This document shows positions 43,693 through 50,966 of a stretch of DNA of 63,238 nt, piece by piece. Source of the stretch: Solirubrobacterales bacterium (lineage in GTDB: Bacteria > Actinomycetota > Thermoleophilia > Solirubrobacterales > 70-9). The notes beneath the pieces were generated by a model. The model did not search any database. It worked only from the letters and a program-made list of their open reading frames with translations, and had not been told where the DNA came from. The stretch spans positions 1-63,238 of the forward strand of contig DASSTR010000046.1 of the NCBI GenBank assembly GCA_035707825.1, given 5' to 3'. Position 1 is the first letter of the stretch. Each line of letters begins with the position of its first letter. The position numbers and the translations under genes are program-made.

Positions 43693-44022
43693 GTGGGCAC
43701 GCGATACGTCCAGGTGCTCACCACCGTCGCCTCCGAAGCCGAGGCGGAGCGGATCGCCTCGTCGCTGATCGAGCGTCGCCTGGCGGCCTGCGTACAGACG
43801 ATCGGACCGATCGCGAGCCGCTACCGCTGGCGGGGAAAGATCGAGGAGGCCGAGGAGTGGCAGTGCCTGGCGAAGACCGAGGCGAGCCGCTACCAGGAGG
43901 TCGAGGGCGCGATCCGCGAGCTCCACTCCTACGAGGAGCCCGAGATCCTCGCCATTCCCGTCCTCACCGGCAGCGAGGGATACCTCGGCTGGATCAGCGA
44001 GAACGTCGCGCCGGAGCGCTAG
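43693..44022 (+). CDS. cutA: CutA1 divalent-cation-tolerance protein
   Basis: ORF track, GTG start. Segments AEAERIASSLIERRLAACVQ, YRWRGKIEEAEEW and HSYEEPEILAIPV. Confidence 0.88.
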   Translation: MGTRYVQVLTTVASEAEAERIASSLIERRLAACVQTIGPIASRYRWRGKIEEAEEWQCLAKTEASRYQEVEGAIRELHSYEEPEILAIPVLTGSEGYLGWISENVAPER

Positions 44023-44208
44023 CTAGGCGGGCCCGACCATGCATGACGCTCGACGGGAGCATGCACGAGAGTGAGCTTGACCACCTATATGGGGGCAAAA
44101 ACTCACTCTGGCGGCGAGCGGGTCGCTAAATGACTGCTTCTGAGCGTGGAATCAATCATCTGCCCGGGTATCGAGATCGCCGGGACCGAGCACCGGTGTC
44201 GTTGGGAG

Positions 44209-44985
44209 TTACGCGCGGAGGCGGTAGCCGCGGGAGAAGAGGCGCAGGTTGATGAGGAAGAGCGCCGCGGTCGCTCCCGTGAGGGCGAGGAGCGAGAGGG
44301 GAATGCTGACTTCGGTGAAGCCGACGAAGCCGTAGCGGACCAGATTGATCATGTAGAAGATCGGGTTGAAGTGGGTCAGCGTCTCGAAGGGCTCAGGCAG
44401 CAGGGTGGCCGAGTAGAAGACGCCGCCGAGGAAGATCAGCGGCTGCAGGATGAAGGTCTGGGCGAAGGCGACGTCGTCGAACTGTTCGGCGCGAACGCCG
44501 ATCAGCACTCCCAGCTGCGAGAAGAAGAAGCCGACCAGGAACAGGGCCGGGATCAGGACGAGGATGTGGTCGACCGGCAGGTCGACCAGCAGCGAGGCGG
44601 CGACGAAGGTAAGAGCCGCGACCAGCAGGCCGCGGACGAAGCCGCCGAGGCTGAAGGCGAGCAGCAGCTCCATCGGGGATGCCGGCGAGGAGAGCTGGTC
44701 CTGGATCCCCCCCTGGAATTTCTGCTGCAGGATCGAGGAGGAGTTGTTGGCGAAGGCGTTGATCGACCAGGCCATCATGATCAGGCCGGGGATCACGAAG
44801 ACGACGTAGTCGATGCCGTGCAGCTTGTCGATCCGCGACCCCAGCGCGGCGCCGAAGACGGAGATGTAGAGGAACGTTTCGAGCAGCGGCGCGCCGATCG
44901 TCTGCTTCTTGATCTTCATGAAGCGGTTGACCTCGCGGCGCCAGAGCGTCGCGAAGCGGATCTGCGCGGTGCTCATGCCGCTCAT
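44209..44985 (-). CDS. ABC-2-type exporter permease
   Basis: ORF track. 6 TM helices. 4-nt overlap with the upstream ATPase gene. Confidence 0.8.
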   Translation of the reverse strand: MSGMSTAQIRFATLWRREVNRFMKIKKQTIGAPLLETFLYISVFGAALGSRIDKLHGIDYVVFVIPGLIMMAWSINAFANNSSSILQQKFQGGIQDQLSSPASPMELLLAFSLGGFVRGLLVAALTFVAASLLVDLPVDHILVLIPALFLVGFFFSQLGVLIGVRAEQFDDVAFAQTFILQPLIFLGGVFYSATLLPEPFETLTHFNPIFYMINLVRYGFVGFTEVSIPLSLLALTGATAALFLINLRLFSRGYRLRA

Positions 44986-45770
44986 GCCTCGACCTCGACG
45001 TCGATGTGGGAGCGGGAGAGCTCTTTGCGACCGACCAGGGCCAGGTAGGCGTCCTCGAGGTTGGCGACCCCGTAGCGCGCGGAGAGCTCCGCGCTGGTGC
45101 CCTCGCCGACGATCTGGCCCTCGTTGATGAAGGCGATCCGGTCGCAGAGCTGCTCGGCCTCCTCGAGGTAATGGGTGGTGAGCAGGATCGAGGTCCCCTC
45201 TTCGTTGATCCGCTGCACGTAGTGCCAGAGCTCGAGCCGCAACTCGACGTCGACGCCGGCGGTCGGCTCGTCGAGGATCAGCATCCGCGGCCGGTGCATC
45301 ATCGCCCGGGCGAGGATCAGCCGCCGTTTCATCCCGCCCGAGAGCGTGCGCGTGCGTTCGTCGCGCTTCTCGGTCAGCGAGAAGGTCTCCAGCAGCTCCT
45401 TCGTGCGCTCGCGGCGTTCGCGCTTCGGCATGCCGAAATAGCCGGCGTGGTAGTCGAGCGTCTCCTCGACGGTGAGGAACCAGTCGACGTTGGGCTCCTG
45501 GGGCGCAAGGCCGACGGCCTGGCGGGCATCGCCGTAGTCGCCGATCGCGTCGTGGCCGAAGATTTCGATCGTCCCTGAGGTGGCCTGCGCCAATCCCGTT
45601 GCGCAGTGGATCAGCGTCGACTTGCCGGCCCCGTTGGGACCGAGCAGGCCGAAGAGCTCACCGGGCGCGATCTCCAGCGAAACTCCGCGCAGCGCCTCGA
45701 CTCCGGTCGGGTAGCGCTTCACCAGGTTCTCGATCTGCAGGGCGTTCGGCCCCTTGCCGTCGCTTCTCAT
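44982..45770 (-). CDS. ABC transporter ATP-binding protein (DrrA-like)
   Basis: ORF track. Walker A GPNGAGKST, signature LSGGMKRR, Walker B ILDEPTAG. Confidence 0.92.
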   Translation of the reverse strand: MRSDGKGPNALQIENLVKRYPTGVEALRGVSLEIAPGELFGLLGPNGAGKSTLIHCATGLAQATSGTIEIFGHDAIGDYGDARQAVGLAPQEPNVDWFLTVEETLDYHAGYFGMPKRERRERTKELLETFSLTEKRDERTRTLSGGMKRRLILARAMMHRPRMLILDEPTAGVDVELRLELWHYVQRINEEGTSILLTTHYLEEAEQLCDRIAFINEGQIVGEGTSAELSARYGVANLEDAYLALVGRKELSRSHIDVEVEA

Positions 45771-45846
45771 CGACGCCGAAACCTAGAGGACCGGCAACCT
45801 CGGGTCGGCAGGACCGGCAACCTCGGCCCGCTGAAAGGATGTCCGC

Positions 45847-46719
45847 ATGAGCGGCCCGCTGCTAGCCGTCGACACCCCGTCGATGCTTTTCCGCGCCTTC
45901 TATGCGCTGCCGAAATCGATCGTCGGCCCCGACGGCAACCCCGTCAACGCCCTGCTCGGCGCCGCCAACCTGATCGTCCGCGAGGTCGAGGCGCACGAGC
46001 CACGCGCGGTCGTCCTCTGCTTCGGGCCCGACGCGGCCTCCTACCGCACGGATCTCTTCCCCGCCTACCACGCCGCCCGTGAGGAGATGCCCGACGAGCT
46101 GACGCCGCAGTGGGCCGACAGCCATGCCTTCTTCGAGGCCTTCGGGTGGACGGTCGCGGTCAGCGGCTCGCTGGAGGCGGACGACCTGCTCGGCACCTAT
46201 GCCGAGCGCGAGGCGGAGGCCGGCGGCCGGGCGCTGCTGCTGACCGGCGACCGGGACATGTACCAGTGCGCCGGCGAGCGGGTCACGGTCCTCTACGTGC
46301 GGACGGGCAACAAAGGGGCCGAAGAGGTGACGCCGGAGGAGGTGCGCAGCCGCTACGGCGTCGAGCCCGAGCAGGTGCCGGACTTCATCGCCCTGCGCGG
46401 CGATCCCTCCGACGGTCTGCCCGGGGCGAAGGGCGTCGGCCCGAAGACGGCGGCCGAGCTGCTGCGCCGCCACGGCAGCCTCGAGGCGCTGCTCGACAAC
46501 GCGATTCGGGAGTCGAGGCCGAAACTGCGCGGCGCCCTGATCGACGGGCGCGAGGAACTTCTGGCCTTCAAGGACATCGCCACCCTGCGCGACGCCGGCG
46601 TCGAGCGGCCGCCCGACCGGCCCACCGACTGGGCCAGGGCCGCCGAGGCGGCGCGCGAGCGGGGGATGAACCGCCTTGCCGAACGCCTCAGCGAACGAAT
46701 CGGTACTTCAGATGGGTGA
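45847..46719 (+). CDS. Stand-alone 5'-3' exonuclease (FEN / Pol I N-terminal domain family)
   Basis: ORF track. Segments DTPSMLFRAFYA, LEADDLLGT, TGDRDMYQ and GDPSDGLPGAKGVGPKTAAELL (H3TH). Confidence 0.88.
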   Translation: MSGPLLAVDTPSMLFRAFYALPKSIVGPDGNPVNALLGAANLIVREVEAHEPRAVVLCFGPDAASYRTDLFPAYHAAREEMPDELTPQWADSHAFFEAFGWTVAVSGSLEADDLLGTYAEREAEAGGRALLLTGDRDMYQCAGERVTVLYVRTGNKGAEEVTPEEVRSRYGVEPEQVPDFIALRGDPSDGLPGAKGVGPKTAAELLRRHGSLEALLDNAIRESRPKLRGALIDGREELLAFKDIATLRDAGVERPPDRPTDWARAAEAARERGMNRLAERLSERIGTSDG

Positions 46720-47326
46720 CGCCCGGAGCGTCGATGACCCGGACCAGCTCAGGCGCGACCCCGACGCCCTCGAGGTTGTCGAATAGGCGGGTCCCAGAGC
46801 CAAGCAGGACCGGCGCGAGGTTGAGGTTCATCTCGTCGATCAGGCCGGCAGCCAGGTACTGCTGAGCGACGTCGGCGCCCCCTCCCAGGGCGACGTCCTT
46901 GCCGCCGCTCGCCGAGCGCGCCTGCTCCAGGGCCGACTCGATGCCGTCGGTGACGAAGGTGAAGGTGGTGCCGCCCTGCTTCTCAAGTGGCTCGCGCTCG
47001 TGGTGGGTGAGGACGAAGACCGGGCAGCGAAACGGCGGCTCGTCCCCCCACCAGCCCTCCCAGGGCTCCTCCCCCCAGGGGCCCGGGCCGCCGCCGAACA
47101 TATTGCGGCCCATGATCACGGCGCCGGTGTTTGCGAGCGACTCTTCGAAGGGCTCAGTGCTGGCATTGACCTCGCCGCCCTCGCGCCCGTGCGGCTGACG
47201 CCAGGCGGCCAGCTTGACGACCCACTCGTGCAGTTGCTCGCCGCCGTCACCGAGGGGCTCCTCCTGGCGGGGGTTCGGACCGGCGACGAAACCATCCAGG
47301 GACATCGAGATTTCGAACCGCAGCAT
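46688..47326 (-). CDS. Dihydrofolate-reductase-like (RibD C-terminal domain) family protein
   Basis: ORF-track frame 46688..47416. Start moved to the ATG at 47326 (MLRFEISMSLDGFVAGPN...), preceded by GGAGAGGAG. Other segments GRNMFGG and LNLAPVLLGSGTRLF. Confidence 0.8.
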   Translation of the reverse strand: MLRFEISMSLDGFVAGPNPRQEEPLGDGGEQLHEWVVKLAAWRQPHGREGGEVNASTEPFEESLANTGAVIMGRNMFGGGPGPWGEEPWEGWWGDEPPFRCPVFVLTHHEREPLEKQGGTTFTFVTDGIESALEQARSASGGKDVALGGGADVAQQYLAAGLIDEMNLNLAPVLLGSGTRLFDNLEGVGVAPELVRVIDAPGVTHLKYRFVR

Positions 47327-47366
47327 CGGCGTAGCTCCTCTCCGGGCGACCTCGGTCGGACCGCTC

Positions 47367-48134
47367 TCAGTCGTGGAATTCGGCGAGGGAGGCGAGCGCC
47401 TCCTCGCGCGAGCCATGCAGCGGGAAGCGGTCGTCCAACCCGCTGAGGGTCAGAGTTCGCCGCACCGCCGAGGCCTCGCCGAGCGCGAGGGCCCAGCCTA
47501 GCCCCTCGAGGGCGAAGCGCTTGCCGGCAACCAGCAGCGCCCGGATGCCGCTCGAGTCGATGAAGCGCAGGCGGGTCATGTCGACGAGCACGCCCTCGAA
47601 GGCGGTCGGGGACGGCACCCCGAGGGCGGCTTCCAGTTGGGGTGAGGCATCGAGGTCGATCTCGCCGGCGATATCGACCAGCGCCACCCGGCCGTCGTTG
47701 AGGGAGCCGGTATCGACCGCAAACGCGACCGGCACCGATTCGGCGCCCGGCTCGATCCCAAACCGCATCGTCACCACGGTCCCTCCGGCGGGCAGGTCCT
47801 CGATCCGGTACTCGTCGCTGACCCGGGCGATCAGGGGCAGGCCGAGGCCGACCCCCTTGCTCTCCAGGTCGGGACGCAGGCCCGTGCCATCATCGCGCAC
47901 CACCACCATCAGCGCCGCGCCTCGCATCTCGGCCCGCACCGTGATCGTCCCAGCCATCCCGCTGGGATAGGCGTGGACGACCGAGTTGGAGACAGCCTCC
48001 GAGACGGCCAGCTCGACGTCCTGGCGCTCGGCGCCGATGCCGGCGGCGAAGTCACCGGCCGCATGGCGCGCCGAGGGCACGCTTGCCCGCTCGGCGGGCA
48101 GTGCTAGCTCAAGCGGCTCTTCCAAGACCTGCAT
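47367..48134 (-). CDS. Fusion of an RsbW/SpoIIAB-type anti-sigma kinase domain and a STAS (anti-sigma antagonist) domain
   Basis: ORF track. N-terminal HATPase motifs EAVSNSVVHA, DDGTG and GLGLPLI. C-terminal STAS segment LVDMTRLRFIDSSGIRALL contains the DSSG phospho-serine motif. Confidence 0.8.
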   Translation of the reverse strand: MQVLEEPLELALPAERASVPSARHAAGDFAAGIGAERQDVELAVSEAVSNSVVHAYPSGMAGTITVRAEMRGAALMVVVRDDGTGLRPDLESKGVGLGLPLIARVSDEYRIEDLPAGGTVVTMRFGIEPGAESVPVAFAVDTGSLNDGRVALVDIAGEIDLDASPQLEAALGVPSPTAFEGVLVDMTRLRFIDSSGIRALLVAGKRFALEGLGWALALGEASAVRRTLTLSGLDDRFPLHGSREEALASLAEFHD

Positions 48135-48200
48135 CTCCGTGGCCCTTCACGCCAGACCCTCCTCGGGCCCGATCCTCTTCGCTTGGCGGACAACCACGGC

Positions 48201-48881
48201 CTACCCGGGGGTCGCGGAAAGAAAACCCTGCTCTCGAAGGTCGCCGGGCGCCGGCTTGAGGCCGATCAGCAGCGCCATCTCGAGCCACTTCCAGTAGCAG
48301 TCGACGTCTTCGAAGCCGAGCTCGCGCAGCCAGGCCAGCTGGGTCTCGACGTCGATCAGGCGGTCGGAGGGGTCGGCGTTCTCCACCGACTCGCCGATCG
48401 CCGTGAAGAAGGCGGCGTGCAGGCGAGGGGTCGGCGAAGCAACGTGCTCGAAGTTGGCGAAGACGCCGCCGGGCTCGAGCAGCTCGAACACCTCGGCGTA
48501 GAGCGAGCGCTTGCGCTCGTGCTCGAGATGGTGGATCGCCATCGATGAGACGACCGCGTCGAAGCGACCGAGGTCGGGAAGCGGCTCGGCCAGATCGTGC
48601 GCGATCACCTCGATCCGCTCGTCGCCGCGAAAGCGCTCCCGCGCCGCCGCCAGCATGATCTCGGAGAAGTCGAGGCCGACCCCGCGCATCCCGGCGCGAT
48701 CGGCCTGGAGGCTGGCGAGCAGGCGGCCGTCGCCGGTGCCGAGGTCGAGGACGCGGCGGGCATCGCGCGGCACCTGCTCGCGCAGGACGCCCTCACCCTC
48801 CCTTCTATGTGGGAACTCGTCCGCCCGCTCGAGATAGCGACGGACTTTCTCCACGTCGGCGGTCCACTCCTCACCAGGCAT
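48201..48881 (-). CDS. Class I SAM-dependent methyltransferase
   Basis: ORF track. Motif I VLDLGTGDGRL and a post-I acidic residue. About 226 aa. Confidence 0.8.
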   Translation of the reverse strand: MPGEEWTADVEKVRRYLERADEFPHRREGEGVLREQVPRDARRVLDLGTGDGRLLASLQADRAGMRGVGLDFSEIMLAAARERFRGDERIEVIAHDLAEPLPDLGRFDAVVSSMAIHHLEHERKRSLYAEVFELLEPGGVFANFEHVASPTPRLHAAFFTAIGESVENADPSDRLIDVETQLAWLRELGFEDVDCYWKWLEMALLIGLKPAPGDLREQGFLSATPG

Positions 48882-48893
48882 GGCTGCTCCGCT

Positions 48894-50093
48894 CTAAGTC
48901 GTGGCCGGCTCTGCCGGACCGGAGGCCGCGGGAGGCTGCGTGGCTTGCGCCTCTTTCTCCTCGGCGGCGCTGACGTCGGCGACGATCCGCACCGCGGCCG
49001 AGAGCAGCGGCGCCGCCAGCACGAGCCCGACGGTGCCAAACAGGCAGCCGCCGGCGATCGTCGCGATCAGCACCGCCAGCGGATGCAGTTTGAGGGCCGC
49101 GCCGTAGGCGATCGGCTGGACCAGCTGCTGGAGGATGCCGTTGGCCAGCAGGACGATCACGGCCAGAGCGGCCGCGGCCTCGGGCCCAGAGCCGCCGAGG
49201 GCGATCAGGACCGCGAAGGCGCCCGCGGTCCAGGCGCCGATGTAGGGGACGTAGCCGCCGACGAAGGTGACAACCGCGATCGTGCCGGCGAGGGGAACGC
49301 CGAGCAGCAGCGCCCCGCCGGCGACGATCAGCGTGCTCCACAGAGAGACCACCGTGACGCCGACGAAGTACCCTCGCAGGCTCCCCGCGACCCGGCCCAG
49401 AATCGAGTGGGCGGCGGGAACGGGAATCCCCATATGCCGCTCGACGAAGCCACCGATCGTCGGTGCGTCCTTGAGCAGGAAGAAGAGGCTGAGCGCTGTG
49501 AAGGAGAGGAAGACCGCAAGCGATGCCAGCTGGTCGATCCCTCGCAGCAGGCCATGGGTGAGGGTCTGAAAGCCGGCGCTGATCGATTCGCTCGCGTGCG
49601 AGTTGGCGTCGGCGGCGGTGCTCGCCTTAACGCCAAGGCCGTGCGCCCAGGACTGAACCTCGCTGGCGCCTTCCTGCAGCTTCGTCGAGAGGCTGTCGGC
49701 CTGGCTCGCGATCCCGGTCAGGACCATCAACCCGACCGCGAGCGCGATGGCGATGATCGCCACGAAGACGAGCACCGCGCCAGCCGCCCTCGGCACCCCG
49801 TGCCGGTTCAGCCGGTCGACGAGCGGCGCGGTCACCGATGCGATGATCCCAGCGGTTATCACCGGCATCACAATCGTCTGCGTCAGGGAGAGCAGCCAGA
49901 TCGCGCCAACCAGCGCCGCGGCGGCGCCAACCAGGAGCCATGACGAAAAGCCGAGGTCGCGCAACCACTTGGGAGCGGCGAATACCCCGCTCAGCTCCCC
50001 GGGATCGAACTCGATGAATTCCTCCTCGCCGCCGGCGCCTTGCCGCCCAGGCCGCCGCAACCGGCCGCGGAAGAACGCGCGCCGCTCGCTCAT
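48894..50093 (-). CDS. AI-2E-family (PerM/YhhT-like) transporter
   Basis: ORF-track frame 48894..50402. Start moved to the ATG at 50093 (MSERRAFFRG...). 7-8 TM helices. Segment VVTFVGGYVPYIGAWTAG...ILQQLVQPIAYG. Confidence 0.85.
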   Translation of the reverse strand: MSERRAFFRGRLRRPGRQGAGGEEEFIEFDPGELSGVFAAPKWLRDLGFSSWLLVGAAAALVGAIWLLSLTQTIVMPVITAGIIASVTAPLVDRLNRHGVPRAAGAVLVFVAIIAIALAVGLMVLTGIASQADSLSTKLQEGASEVQSWAHGLGVKASTAADANSHASESISAGFQTLTHGLLRGIDQLASLAVFLSFTALSLFFLLKDAPTIGGFVERHMGIPVPAAHSILGRVAGSLRGYFVGVTVVSLWSTLIVAGGALLLGVPLAGTIAVVTFVGGYVPYIGAWTAGAFAVLIALGGSGPEAAAALAVIVLLANGILQQLVQPIAYGAALKLHPLAVLIATIAGGCLFGTVGLVLAAPLLSAAVRIVADVSAAEEKEAQATQPPAASGPAEPATT

Positions 50094-50210
50094 CGCTGCG
50101 GCCTTACCGGCCCGGTGGACATCTCCGCTTTCGACGCTTTCCCCATCTCGACCCTTCGGCGGCCAAGACCATACGCGCCGCCCCCGACACTGCCGGCGGC
50201 CCGCCTCGCG

Positions 50211-50966
50211 ATGACGGCGCCGGATCGGATCACCTACGTCGGCCACGCGACCGTCCTCGCCGAGCTGGGCGGCGTTCGGCTCCTCACCGATCCGGTGCTG
50301 CGGGGGCGGGTCGGGCACCTGCGGCGCCAGGCGGCGTCGCCGGCGCCAGGCGTGGCGAGGAACCTGGACGCCCTGCTGGTCTCTCATCTCCACCACGATC
50401 ACGCCGACCTCCCGTCCCTACGCAAGCTCGACCACGATCTGCCGGTGCTCGTGCCGCGGGGCTCGGGGGCCTTCTTCGCCCGGCGCGGCTTCTCGGCCGT
50501 CTCGGAGCTCGGCCCTGGAGAGTCGACGCAGATCGGCGCGGTCACCGTCACCGCCACCAAGGCGGTTCATCCGCGCCACAGCCGGCTCGAGAGAGACTCC
50601 GAGGCGATCGGCTTCCTGCTCTCCGGCCGGCGCCGCATCTACTTCGCGGGCGATACGGACCTCTTCGACGGCATGCGCGAGCTCGGCCACGACCTCGACC
50701 TGGCGCTGCTGCCGGTCTGGGGCTGGGGGCCGAGCCTCGGCCCCGGGCACCTCGACCCCCAGCGCGCCGCCAGGGCCGCCGCCCTGCTCTCTCCCCGCCT
50801 GGCGATCCCAATCCACTGGGGGACGCTGTATCCGCTCGGCCTGGCGCGGTTCCGCCCCGAACCGCTGCACTCGCCCCCGCGCGAGTTCGCCGCCTGGACC
50901 GGCAGGCTCGCGCCTCAGACCGAGGTGCGGGTGCTGGCGCCCGGCGAGGCGGCCTCGCTCTCGTAG
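50211..50966 (+). CDS. MBL-fold metallo-hydrolase
   Basis: Lower part of ORF-track frame 50040..50966, ATG at 50211. Segments ITYVGHATVLAELGGVRLLTDP, LVSHLHHDHAD and YFAGDTD. Confidence 0.75.
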   Translation: MTAPDRITYVGHATVLAELGGVRLLTDPVLRGRVGHLRRQAASPAPGVARNLDALLVSHLHHDHADLPSLRKLDHDLPVLVPRGSGAFFARRGFSAVSELGPGESTQIGAVTVTATKAVHPRHSRLERDSEAIGFLLSGRRRIYFAGDTDLFDGMRELGHDLDLALLPVWGWGPSLGPGHLDPQRAARAAALLSPRLAIPIHWGTLYPLGLARFRPEPLHSPPREFAAWTGRLAPQTEVRVLAPGEAASLS

